From NCBI RefSeq assembly GCF_008065095.1, contig NZ_CP042911.1, positions 4,650,001 to 4,682,000 of the forward strand: a DNA stretch of 32,000 nucleotides, in the 5' to 3' direction. The position numbers and the translations under genes are program-made. The notes beneath the pieces were generated by a model. That model ran no database searches and had not been told where the DNA came from. It worked only from the letters and a program-made list of their open reading frames with translations. Below are positions 1-8,914 of this stretch, piece after piece (positions within the stretch are counted from its first letter, which is position 1; every line of letters begins with the position of its first letter). Source of the DNA: Gemmata obscuriglobus (GTDB taxonomy: Bacteria; Planctomycetota; Planctomycetia; Gemmatales; Gemmataceae).

Positions 1-513
1 GCGGGTGAACCGCGCCACGAACACCGGGTCGTTCGCCCACCGTCGGCTCATGACCTTCAGTGCCACGGACCGGTCGAGCGAGAGCTGCGTCGCGAGGTAC
101 ACGGTGCCCATGCCCCCGCGCCCGAGTTCGCACGCGATCGAGTACCCGCACACCTCCGTCCGCGGCGGCAGCGGGGAGTCCTCGGGTTCGCCCGCGCCCG
201 GGCCGGGGGAATCGTCCGCCGCTCGCGCTCGGGTCCGGTTGGTGTCCGCGACCGCGTGCGCCGCCCCCTGCCCTCGCGAACCGCCCTCGGCCCCCTCGCC
301 GCCTGACGAGCACGCGAGCGCGAACCCGACCGCCGATGCCGGCGTGCCGGTTACGTTGTCCCGCATCGGCGTACCGTCCGCGCGTTCGTCCGGCACCCAC
401 AGCAGAAACGGCTTCGCGCAACCCGGGCACTGGGGCCGGTAGCGCCCCGGCTTCGTAGCGGTGAGCGTCAGTCGGTGCTGGCAGTGCGGGCAGGCGATGG
501 CCACAGCGGGCAC
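1..513 (-). CDS. Ser/Thr protein kinase, N-terminal part (gene continues past the window start), with an N-terminal CxxC-N17-CxxC zinc-ribbon-like segment
   Basis: The reverse frame is open from the window edge up to GTG at 513 (alternative GTG at 504; no ATG). My translation reads VPAVAIACPHCQHRLTLTATKPGRYRPQCPGCAKPFLLWVPDER...EVCGYSIACELGRGGMGTVYLATQLSLDRSVALKVMSRRWANDPVFVARFTR. The Gly-rich loop GRGGMGTVY and the VALK lysine match Hanks kinase subdomains I-II. It is missing from the ORF track because the window edge truncates it. Confidence 0.75.
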   Translation of the reverse strand, partial: MPAVAIACPHCQHRLTLTATKPGRYRPQCPGCAKPFLLWVPDERADGTPMRDNVTGTPASAVGFALACSSGGEGAEGGSRGQGAAHAVADTNRTRARAADDSPGPGAGEPEDSPLPPRTEVCGYSIACELGRGGMGTVYLATQLSLDRSVALKVMSRRWANDPVFVARFTR

Positions 514-717
514 CCTCGCAACGAATCGGGCGGGGCGTGCGGGTGCGGCGCCGCAGGTCCGGGAACCTGCGGCGAACGGCCCGCTGTGAACGGTAGGTCA
601 CGATCGAGGGAGGTGTGACCGCAATTCGAAACGCGCCGCGGCGTTCAGCCGCGGCCTGAAAAGGCAGCAAAAAAGCACAGCCGCGCGGGCCGTTTTCAGG
701 CGTGAACGAAGGTCACT

Positions 718-1797
718 TTACACCGGACGAGAGCCCATCCCGACGGACTGCCGCACCAGTTGCAACGTGATCTGCGCCGCCGCACGGGCCTTCCGGGCGC
801 CGGCGGTGAGCACCTCCTCGACGTACCCCGGGTCGCGCGCGAGTTGCTTCCGGCGCTCGCGGGCCGCGGCGAAGTAAGAATCGATCTTCGCGAGCAGCAG
901 GGTCTTCGCGTCGCCGTACCCGAACGGCCGGCCGCCGCGCCCCTCCGCCCCCTTCATCGGGTTCCGGTACAGGTCGGCCATCTCGGCCTGCTCGGCCGCC
1001 GTCGAGAACAGCTTGTACAGCGCAAACGCGTTGCACTTGTCCGGGTTCTTCGGCTCCTCAACGGGCGTCGAATCGGTCACCACACCCATCACGGCGTTCT
1101 TGAGCGGCTTGCCTTCAGCGAAGATCTCGATGGTGTTGCCGTAAGACTTGCTCATCTTCTGGCCGTCGGTACCCGGCACGACCGCGGCTTCGTTATACAC
1201 GCCATCCGGGAGCGGGAAAATCTCTCCGTAGGCGTTGTTGAACGCCCCGGCGACATCGCGGGTCATCTCCAGGTGCTGCTCCTGGTCCTTGCCCACCGGC
1301 ACGAGGTGCGAACGGTAGATGAGGATGTCGGCGGCCATCAGCAGCGGGTAGGTGAACAGCCCGACGCTCGGGGTGATCCCACGTGCGACCTTGTCCTTGT
1401 AGGAGTGGGCACGTTCGAGGTGAGCCGTTCCGAACACCGACGAAAAAAACCACGCGAGCTCACACACCTCGGGCACGTCGGACTGGCGGAAGAAGCTCGC
1501 TTTGGCGGGATCGAGACCGAGCGCGAGGTAGTCGAGGGCGACATCGCGAACGTTTTCGGCCAGGATCTGCCGCGCGGGCCGGGGGGTGATGGACTTGTTC
1601 TTCGCGGCCGTCCCGGCTTCCTTCTCCTCAGCTTCTTTAAGCGACGTGAGCGCGTGGTAGTCGGCGATGAAGTAGAAGCACTCGCCCGTGTCCTGTCGCT
1701 CGATGTGCTGCTTGATCGCGCCGAAATAATTCCCCAGGTGCAACTTGCCCGACGGCTGCACGCCACTGAGGATGCGCGGGCGGACGGAAACGGTCAT
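718..1797 (-). CDS. trpS: Tryptophanyl-tRNA synthetase
   Basis: Class I aaRS signatures are present: PSGKLHLGNYFG (HIGH-type) and GTDGQKMSKSYGN (KMSKS). Size and layout fit bacterial TrpRS. The ORF-track start at 1803 is TTG; the first ATG is at 1797 (MTVSVRPRILSG...). Confidence 0.93.
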   Translation of the reverse strand: MTVSVRPRILSGVQPSGKLHLGNYFGAIKQHIERQDTGECFYFIADYHALTSLKEAEEKEAGTAAKNKSITPRPARQILAENVRDVALDYLALGLDPAKASFFRQSDVPEVCELAWFFSSVFGTAHLERAHSYKDKVARGITPSVGLFTYPLLMAADILIYRSHLVPVGKDQEQHLEMTRDVAGAFNNAYGEIFPLPDGVYNEAAVVPGTDGQKMSKSYGNTIEIFAEGKPLKNAVMGVVTDSTPVEEPKNPDKCNAFALYKLFSTAAEQAEMADLYRNPMKGAEGRGGRPFGYGDAKTLLLAKIDSYFAAARERRKQLARDPGYVEEVLTAGARKARAAAQITLQLVRQSVGMGSRPV

Positions 1798-2060
1798 CGT
1801 CAAAACTCCAATCGGCGCAACGTTTCACGCCCGGGGTCACAAGAGCCAGCGGTGCGAACGCCGGACTACGAAACGGTCGCCCGTACAGGGTTCAAAGCGA
1901 CCGACCGTCAACACAGAAAGTCGCCGCACGGGTCGCGGTTAAAGCCGGGGTGTTCGGAACCCAGGCGGGGGTGCGAATCCCTGGTCCGCCTTGGGCTTTT
2001 CTTCTCGGCACAGACACGGTTACATTACGCGCGGTTCGTTCCGAAACCACGGGTCCACGC

Positions 2061-2837
2061 ATGGACGGCCCCAACCCGACCGCCGCCCCCGCCGCGAGCG
2101 ACCCGCGCCGCACGGAACTGCTGCTCGAAGCCCTCAAGACCGCCATTCACACGCCCGGCGAACACCGGCTCTTCCAGTCGGGCAAGCTGCCGGGGCTGTT
2201 CCCGTCGCGCGCGGGCCTCTCCAACGAAACGGCCCTGCTCGCGCTCCGCGAAGGGCTGCTCGAAACGGTCCGCACCGAGGCGAAGGGGAAGCTCATTACG
2301 GAGTGGGTCTGCGCGACCCCGAAGGCGGTCGGGTTCGTTCACGATCACGACTCCCCGCGCTCGATCCTGCGCGAGCTGAAGGATGTGCTCCTGACCACCC
2401 GCACGGGGGTGCCGCAGTTCATGGCGGACGCGCGGGCCGAACTCGCCGCGCTGTCCGCGAACTTCGAGGAGAAGGCGGCGACGATGCTGGCACGGCTCGA
2501 CGAACTCGCGAAGCGGTGCGAAGCGGCCCTCCGCCGCGCCGAGGCGAGCGGGCAGGTGATCGCCGCCCCGGTGGGTCAGCTCGTGCCGTGGGCGCTGAGC
2601 GCGCTCGAGTACCTCGACAAGCGGGCCGAGTCCGGGGTCACACCCCCCTGCCCGCTCCCAGAGCTGTTCCATGCGGTGTGCGTGAAGTTCCCGCAGTTGG
2701 TGCTCGCCGAGTTCCACGACGGCGTGAAGCGCCTGCACGACGTGCGGGCCATCAAACTCATCCCGACCGCCGCGATTCCCGAACCCGAGTACGCGGTGGT
2801 GGTCGAAGGGAAACTGATGTACGCCGTGGGCAGATAA
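2061..2837 (+). CDS. Hypothetical protein (no family recognised)
   Basis: This frame is not antisense to any recognisable gene. The ORF-track start at 1950 is GTG and would run through a terminator-like hairpin, so the first ATG at 2061 (MDGPNPTAAP...) is preferred. I recognise no motif. Confidence 0.55.
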   Translation: MDGPNPTAAPAASDPRRTELLLEALKTAIHTPGEHRLFQSGKLPGLFPSRAGLSNETALLALREGLLETVRTEAKGKLITEWVCATPKAVGFVHDHDSPRSILRELKDVLLTTRTGVPQFMADARAELAALSANFEEKAATMLARLDELAKRCEAALRRAEASGQVIAAPVGQLVPWALSALEYLDKRAESGVTPPCPLPELFHAVCVKFPQLVLAEFHDGVKRLHDVRAIKLIPTAAIPEPEYAVVVEGKLMYAVGR

Positions 2838-2845
2838 AGCAGAAA

Positions 2846-2975
2846 ATTGGCCACAAAAACGCACAAAGGGCACAAAAGGGAACCAAAGAACAAAACCAGA
2901 GCAGTGTTTTTAAACACACTCTTCTGTCTTCGTCTTGGTTTCCTTTTGTGCCCTTTGTGCGTTTTTGTGGCCAAT
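2846..2975. repeat. Long low-GC inverted repeat (about 130 nt) built from CACAAA(G)-type quasi-repeats; probable bidirectional terminator or REP/MITE-like element
   Basis: The left arm ATTGGCCACAAAAACGCACAAAGGGCACAAAAGG (2846-2879) is the perfect reverse complement of 2942-2975. The arms continue imperfectly to a centre near 2912. T-rich tails flank it on both strands, and it lies between convergent genes (hypothetical ends 2837, rph ends 2993). The palindrome yields mirror ORFs MATKTHKGHKR on both strands. Confidence 0.85.
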
Positions 2976-2992
2976 CTGTTTTACTGTCTTCC

Positions 2993-3724
2993 TCAAAACG
3001 GCCACGCACTCCCCAGCGCTGCTTTCTGCGCGAGTGTGATCGCCTGAATGCCGGCCTCGCCCAGATCGACCAACCGGTCGAGCTGCTTGCGCGTGAACGT
3101 GGCCTCTTCGCCGCTCCCCTGCACCTCAATGATCTTCCCGGACCCGGTCATCACCAGGTTCATGTCAACGTCCGCGTCGCGGTCTTCGACGTATTCCAGG
3201 TCGAGGCGCTCTTCCCCCTCGATCAACCCCACGCTGACCGCCGCGACGCTATCCGTCAGCACCTCCGTAACGGGCACGGTAAGCAGCGACTTGATGGAGT
3301 TGATCGCATCGACCGCCGCGACGAAGGCACCGGTGATGCTCGCGGTGCGGGTGCCGCCGTCGGCTTCGAGTACGTCACAGTCGATCCAGAGCGTGCGCTC
3401 GCCGAGTTTGTCGAGGTTCACGACGGCCCGAAGGCTGCGCCCGATGAGCCGCTGAATCTCGACGCTGCGCCCGTCCACCTTCCCGGCCTTGTCGCGCGGC
3501 TTTCGCGTGTGCGTCGAGCCGGGGAGCATGCCGTACTCGGCGGTCAGCCAGCCCTTCCCCTTCCCGACGAGGAAGTCGGGCACCTTCGGCTCCACGCAGC
3601 ACGTACAGAGAACAGTAGTGCGGCCCATCTTCACCAGCACCGACCCCGGCGCCGGGCGTGTGTACCCGCGGGTGAAGCTGAGTTCACGGAGCGCGGTCGG
3701 GGAGCGGTCGTTCGGACGGGGCAT
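2993..3724 (-). CDS. rph: Ribonuclease PH
   Basis: It aligns by eye along its length with E. coli RNase PH (GSVLVKMGRTTVLCT, GWLTAEYGMLPGSTHTR, EIQRLIGRSLRAVV, DCDVLEADGGTRTASITGAFVA, LEYVEDRDADVDMNLVM). The ORF-track start at 3739 is TTG; the first ATG is at 3724. Confidence 0.95.
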   Translation of the reverse strand: MPRPNDRSPTALRELSFTRGYTRPAPGSVLVKMGRTTVLCTCCVEPKVPDFLVGKGKGWLTAEYGMLPGSTHTRKPRDKAGKVDGRSVEIQRLIGRSLRAVVNLDKLGERTLWIDCDVLEADGGTRTASITGAFVAAVDAINSIKSLLTVPVTEVLTDSVAAVSVGLIEGEERLDLEYVEDRDADVDMNLVMTGSGKIIEVQGSGEEATFTRKQLDRLVDLGEAGIQAITLAQKAALGSAWPF

Positions 3725-3809
3725 GAAAGAGTTCACCAAAAAGGCACAAAGATCAACACTATGGGCCGGGAGAACCTCAGCGTCCTATACCGCGCGGCGG
3801 TGAAACTGT

Positions 3810-4721
<912 letters not shown>

Positions 4722-4839
4722 CGCGATTGCGGAATGCGGAATTCGGAATGCGGAACAAAGACGGTCAATGAGCGCGAGGCCCGAAACGGGTTTGAAGCGG
4801 GTACCTTCAGTTCCACGTTCCGGGTTCCGCGCTCCGCGT

Positions 4840-6048
4840 TCAAGGCCGCAGGGCCAGCAGCACGTCTGCGATGATGTCGCACCCGTCCTCGAGTTGCTCG
4901 TCGGACAGCGTCAGCGCCGGCAGCAGCCGCAGCACGGTCTGGTGCGTGCAGTTGATGAGCAGCCCCTTTTCGAGGCACGCCTGCACCACCGGCGCGCCCT
5001 CGACGTTCAGCTCCACGCCGATCATGGTGCCCTTCACCCGCACGTCGGTGACGAGCGGGCACTTCTCCTTCAGCTCCGTGAATCGATGGAGGAACCGCGC
5101 ACCGAGTTGCACGCCGCGCTCGAGCAAACCTTCTTGCTCGATGGTCTCGATGGTCGCCAGCGCCGCACGGGCGGCCAGCGGGTTGCCCCCGAAGGTCGCA
5201 GCGTGCGTACCGGGCTTCAGCTTCTCGGCCACCTCGGGCCGGGCCACGAGGGCGCCCATCGCGACCCCGCCCGCCAGCGCCTTCGCGAGGGTGATGATGT
5301 CCGGCTTCACGTCCCAGTTCTGGTAGCCGAACCATTTCCCGGTGCGGCCCATCCCGGTCTGCACCTCATCAAGTATGAGCAGCAGGCCGTGATGGTCGCA
5401 GAGGGCGCGGACCCCTTCCAGGAACCCCGCCGGCGGCACGTTCACCCCGCCCTCGCCCTGGATCGGCTCGAACATCACCGCGCAGGTCTCGCCGTCGATC
5501 GCCTTCGCGACCGCGTCCAGGTCGCCCCACGGGGCGTAGTTGAACCCCGGCAGCATCGGCTCGACGCCGGCGTGGTACTTGGGCTGCGCCGTGGCGGTCA
5601 GCGCGCCCATCGTGCGGCCGTGGAAGCTACCCGTAAGCGTCACGATCTTGTACTTGTTCTTCGGCTTGCCGTTGAGCCGGGCCAGCTTGATGGCGGCCTC
5701 GTTGGCCTCGGTCCCGCTGTTGCAGAAGAAGCTGACGCCGCCGAAGTCCGTGCGCTCGCCGAGCGCCTGCCCGAGCAGCGCCTGCGGCTCGGTGTACCAC
5801 GTGTTCGGAACGTGGATCAGCGTCGCGACCTGCTCCTGGACCGCCTGGACGACCCGCGGCGGGCAGTGGCCGAGGATGCCGCAGCCCCAGCCCGGGAAGA
5901 AGTCCAGATACCGGTTCCCTTCGGCGTCCCACACCCACGAGTTGCTGCCCCGGACCAGCGCGACGGGGTACCGCGTGTAGTTTTGGGTAAGGTGCTGCTT
6001 CGCCAGGCTGATGACCTGCTCGCTCGAAAGCGTGTCGGATGTCGTCAT
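4840..6048 (-). CDS. argD: Acetylornithine aminotransferase (class III PLP aminotransferase)
   Basis: Motifs include GNRYLDFFPGWG, FFCNSGTEANEAAIK, LILDEVQTGMGRTGKWF and DIITLAKALAGG (PLP lysine region). It sits between argB and argF. The ORF track extends to 6222, but that would overlap argB; ATG at 6048 (MTTSDTLSSEQV...) gives a normal N-terminus. Confidence 0.9.
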   Translation of the reverse strand: MTTSDTLSSEQVISLAKQHLTQNYTRYPVALVRGSNSWVWDAEGNRYLDFFPGWGCGILGHCPPRVVQAVQEQVATLIHVPNTWYTEPQALLGQALGERTDFGGVSFFCNSGTEANEAAIKLARLNGKPKNKYKIVTLTGSFHGRTMGALTATAQPKYHAGVEPMLPGFNYAPWGDLDAVAKAIDGETCAVMFEPIQGEGGVNVPPAGFLEGVRALCDHHGLLLILDEVQTGMGRTGKWFGYQNWDVKPDIITLAKALAGGVAMGALVARPEVAEKLKPGTHAATFGGNPLAARAALATIETIEQEGLLERGVQLGARFLHRFTELKEKCPLVTDVRVKGTMIGVELNVEGAPVVQACLEKGLLINCTHQTVLRLLPALTLSDEQLEDGCDIIADVLLALRP

Positions 6049-6101
6049 TTCGGCAGGGAACGTGGGTGAGGGAAACGGGTTAGTCGCGCGCGGGAAAGGG
6101 G

Positions 6102-7010
6102 TCACCGCGTGATGACGGTGCCGGTGAACGTGTCTTTCAAAAACACGTCTAAAAGTGAGTAGGGAACACGTCCGTCGAGAATGAGCGCCGATTTGGCTCC
6201 GGCCTCGAGCGCCTCGAAGCACGCTTCCACTTTCGGGACCATTCCGCCGTTAATGACGCCCGAAGCGATCAGCCCGCGGGCCTCGGCTTCGGTCAACTTC
6301 GAGATGAGCGATCTCGGGTCGGAGCGGTCGCGCAGCACGCCGGGCGTGTCGGTGAGGAAGACGGCCATGTCGGCCTTCAGCACACCGGCAACAGCGGACG
6401 CGGCCGTGTCGGCGTTGATGTTGAGCCACCCGCCACTGGCGTCCCGCGCGAGCGACGGAAGGATCGGCACGGACGGGTCTCGGCCGTCGCTCGGCTGATG
6501 TGCTGCGCGGAGTGCGTTCACGGCAACGCCGGTAACGGTCCCGACGTGACCGAGATCCACCGGCGCACCGGTCGCGTCGGTCAGTGAGAGGCGCGCGCCG
6601 GTGAGTGGCCAGCCCGCGAAATCGCCCGAACCGGCACCGTTGTCGTAATACCCACGAACCCGGGTACCGATGCGGTCGGCCCGCTGAACCAGGTCGGAGT
6701 TGATCTCGCCGAGCACGCGAACCACAACCGCAAGGGTGTCGGCGTCGGTGTACCGACGCCCGGCCACTTTCCGCGGCGTCAGCCCGGCAGCGGCCATGGC
6801 ACGGTCGATCGGTTTGCCGCCCCCGTGGACCAGCGCGACGCGAACGCCGAACAGGCTCAACACATTGACCGACCGCAGGCAGGCGTCGGTGGCGGCCGGT
6901 TCCTCCATCGCGCTGCCGCCGAGTTTGACCACCACCGTGCGATCGCGGTACGCGGCCAGACGGCCCGCGGCGGCAGCAAACGACTCGGCAGTCAGGCTCG
7001 GCTCGGACAT
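6102..7010 (-). CDS. argB: Acetylglutamate kinase
   Basis: Amino-acid kinase motifs VVVKLGGSAMEE and VHGGGKPI, followed by NINADTAASAVA. Start chosen at ATG 7010 (MSEPSLTAE...) because the upstream in-frame codons overlap a sigma70-like promoter. Confidence 0.88.
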   Translation of the reverse strand: MSEPSLTAESFAAAAGRLAAYRDRTVVVKLGGSAMEEPAATDACLRSVNVLSLFGVRVALVHGGGKPIDRAMAAAGLTPRKVAGRRYTDADTLAVVVRVLGEINSDLVQRADRIGTRVRGYYDNGAGSGDFAGWPLTGARLSLTDATGAPVDLGHVGTVTGVAVNALRAAHQPSDGRDPSVPILPSLARDASGGWLNINADTAASAVAGVLKADMAVFLTDTPGVLRDRSDPRSLISKLTEAEARGLIASGVINGGMVPKVEACFEALEAGAKSALILDGRVPYSLLDVFLKDTFTGTVITR

Positions 7011-7059
7011 CCGCAGAAGCCCCAGATTCCAGCGACGGCTTGAGGGAATCGAAAAATCC

Positions 7060-7088
7060 ATCGTATGCCGCAAGCTCAGGAGCGTCAA
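7060..7088 (-). promoter_or_regulatory. Candidate sigma70-type promoter for the argB-argD-argF(-rph) unit
   Basis: The minus strand reads TTGACG (7088-7083), a 17-nt spacer, then TACGAT (7065-7060), about 45-50 nt upstream of the argB ATG. This is a pattern match only. Confidence 0.35.
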
Positions 7089-7142
7089 CGGCTCACGGGA
7101 AATTCACAACGATTGGCCGAGCGCGGGTCGCTGGTGCGGCTG

Positions 7143-8486
7143 CTACTTCACGGGTTTCGCGTAATCGCCGCGCATGAACCCGCTGTCCGCGGGCGGGTTG
7201 TAGCGAATGTCGAGGTCCGGCGTTTCGAGCCGCTTGGACTCTTTCACGCGCGACTCAAGAGCGTAATCGAGGACGCCGCCGGTGAGCTGCGTGCGCTCGA
7301 CCGGGTACGGCGCTTTACCCGTGGCGAAGAAGGTCTCGGTGTGCGCCGCCAGCGCCTCGAGGAACGCGGCGCCCGGGGGCGGCGGGAGCCAGAACAGGCA
7401 CGACGACGGCTTCTTCTCGCCGGCCACCCGGCACGCGAACGTTTCGTCCGCGACGTGCCCGTCGAGTTGCAGCACGGTCGCCTTCAACCCGTCGGCGTAC
7501 TCCACCACGAACGCGATCGGCCCCTTCACGAAGTTGCCCCAGGTAGCGGGGCGCGGGAACCGGCGGCAGTTCGCGCGAATATCGCCGGCGTTGCGCGAGG
7601 TGCTGCGCCCGAGCGCGTGTTCGAGCAGTTCCCACGACCACACCCCGTCGTCCCCGGCCTTCCAGACGGCGTCACCTTGCAAGCAGGTCACGGCTTTCAC
7701 GCCCTGGTTCGCGGGCCTCGGGTCCGCCCCGGCGAACCGCCGCTCGACCATGCACTGAAGGGCTTCGAGCGCGTGGATGCCGTAGATCTCGAGTTCGCCG
7801 CGGGACACGAGGAGCGCTTCGGTGATCTTGGTCCCGAGCGTGAACTCGAGTTCGGGCCGGCGCCAGGTGACCGGCAGCGACGAACCCGCCATGAGCGGGA
7901 AGCTCATCTTCTTCGCCGTGGCGACCATCTCGGCCGCCTTCGTGCGGTCGTAGCTCAGGTGCTTATCGCAGAACACCGAAACGGTCTTGCCACTTTTCTC
8001 AAACGTTGCGGTGATCTGTTTGAAGTACTCGTACCGCGGATAAAGCTTCTGGCCGCGGTCGTTGTACTTGTAGTCGCCGTGCTCGCAGATCAGCAGCACG
8101 CCGTCGACGGCGAGTTTTCCGGTTCCCAGGGTGAGCGCGTCGTCAACGGCCTCCGAGAGCCGAAAGCTGTGCTCCTTGGCCAGCTCGCGGCTGAGGTCGT
8201 TACCCTTCACCTGCTCGGCGTAAACGCTGGCGATGCCGAAGTCGGGGAAGTGGTGCTCGTCGCCCTTCATGTACCCGTCGAGGTAGCGGCCCGCGATGTG
8301 GTACGCGTGCGACAGGTAGTGGTACGTGGAACACACCACCGCCAGCTTCTTCGCCGCCGGTTTGGCCCGTTTCGGGGGCTTCGTGCGCGGGGAATCCGTA
8401 CCGCCGGCGTATGGCGAGCGGGCACCCCAGGCGCTCGCGGCGAGAGCGGACGCGGTCAAAAACGAGCGGCGGTCGAATGGCAGCAT
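7143..8486 (-). CDS. Tat-signal exported protein of unknown function (layout loosely like Gfo/Idh/MocA, not established)
   Basis: The N-terminus MLPFDRRSFLTASALAASAWGA has a twin-arginine-type RRxFL motif plus a hydrophobic region. The 447-aa frame is clean and starts with ATG. I see no catalytic motif. Confidence 0.7.
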   Translation of the reverse strand: MLPFDRRSFLTASALAASAWGARSPYAGGTDSPRTKPPKRAKPAAKKLAVVCSTYHYLSHAYHIAGRYLDGYMKGDEHHFPDFGIASVYAEQVKGNDLSRELAKEHSFRLSEAVDDALTLGTGKLAVDGVLLICEHGDYKYNDRGQKLYPRYEYFKQITATFEKSGKTVSVFCDKHLSYDRTKAAEMVATAKKMSFPLMAGSSLPVTWRRPELEFTLGTKITEALLVSRGELEIYGIHALEALQCMVERRFAGADPRPANQGVKAVTCLQGDAVWKAGDDGVWSWELLEHALGRSTSRNAGDIRANCRRFPRPATWGNFVKGPIAFVVEYADGLKATVLQLDGHVADETFACRVAGEKKPSSCLFWLPPPPGAAFLEALAAHTETFFATGKAPYPVERTQLTGGVLDYALESRVKESKRLETPDLDIRYNPPADSGFMRGDYAKPVK

Positions 8487-8523
8487 GTCGGCCCCCTGCG
8501 TGGTGCGGTGGTCAGTATCAGTC

Positions 8524-8551
8524 GTTCCGCGTTCCCGTAGTTCCGAGTTCC
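8524..8551. promoter_or_regulatory. Array of four GTTCC pentamers (two GTTCCNNGTTCC units with 16-nt period) 38-65 nt upstream of the Tat-protein start
   Basis: The plus strand reads GTTCCGCGTTCC-CGTA-GTTCCGAGTTCC (pentamers at 8524, 8531, 8540, 8547). On the coding minus strand this is GGAAC x4, which resembles an ECF -35 element or a tandem transcription-factor site. Three more GTTCC/GGAAC copies lie at 8633, 8647 and 8661. Confidence 0.35.
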
Positions 8552-8690
8552 AAATGGGCCGTCGGGTCCGAACTGCCGGGCATGCGGTTCGGCCCTCGGG
8601 TTATACGGCCACTGGGAGCGACGGACGTTTCTGTTCCGGCCCACTTGGAACTCTAAACTGGGAACCTGTGAAGTACTCATACACATGCCA

Positions 8691-8735
8691 GGTGGTCGTG
8701 TCGCATTTCTTGACGAGACGCGACCGCCCGGGAGC
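8691..8735. repeat. Direct repeat copy 1 (45 nt)
   Basis: GGTGGTCGTGTCGCATTTCTTGACGAGACGCGACCGCCCGGGAGC matches 8915-8959 with 2 mismatches. Confidence 0.85.
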
Positions 8736-8760
8736 AGGGCACGAACGCGCGATGAGGATG

Positions 8761-8859
8761 CGAAGACAGTTTTTGACAGGATCGACGGGATGAACAGGAT
8801 TTAAAATCGATCGGTCTTTATCCTGTTCATCCCGTCGATCCTGTCAAAAACTGTCTTCG
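8761..8859. repeat. Perfect 40-bp inverted repeat with a 19-nt centre (low GC)
   Basis: CGAAGACAGTTTTTGACAGGATCGACGGGATGAACAGGAT (8761-8800) is the exact reverse complement of 8820-8859. The centre is TTAAAATCGATCGGTCTTT. Confidence 0.9.
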
Positions 8860-8914
8860 AAAGCGCGCGGCCCGTGCGGGGCGCAAAAAGCCGCCCGTTC
8901 TCGTAAACACGACC

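Noticed and set aside
1941-1995. Possible tRNA or tRNA fragment because of GGGTGCGAATCCC (T-loop-like)
   Set aside because: The conserved T55 would be G. The T-stem closes poorly, no complementary 5' acceptor strand (GGCGGAC) exists about 70 nt upstream, and I could not build D or anticodon arms.
760-2379. 539-aa plus-strand ORF overlapping trpS
   Set aside because: It is antisense to a gene with unmistakable TrpRS motifs. The product is Arg/Gly/Pro-rich low-complexity sequence typical of open antisense frames in high-GC DNA.
6049-6222. N-terminal extensions proposed by the ORF track (argD to 6222, argB to 7088, small protein to 10810, rarA to 21407, RND to 31183, hemB from 21512)
   Set aside because: The extensions overlap neighbouring genes, promoters or hairpins. 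They use non-ATG or distant starts and add Arg-rich non-homologous sequence ahead of canonical N-termini.
7112-7118. GGCCAAT heptamer recurring at 2846-2852 (reverse complement), 2969-2975, 7112-7118 (reverse complement) and 15391-15397 as a possible common site
   Set aside because: A 7-mer is expected about 4 times on both strands of this window by chance. Only the palindrome copies and the 15385-15397 13-mer show extended similarity.
7065-8540. 491-aa plus-strand ORF over the Tat-protein gene
   Set aside because: It is antisense and its product is Arg/Gly/Val/Glu-rich low complexity. The minus-strand frame has a proper Tat signal and balanced composition.
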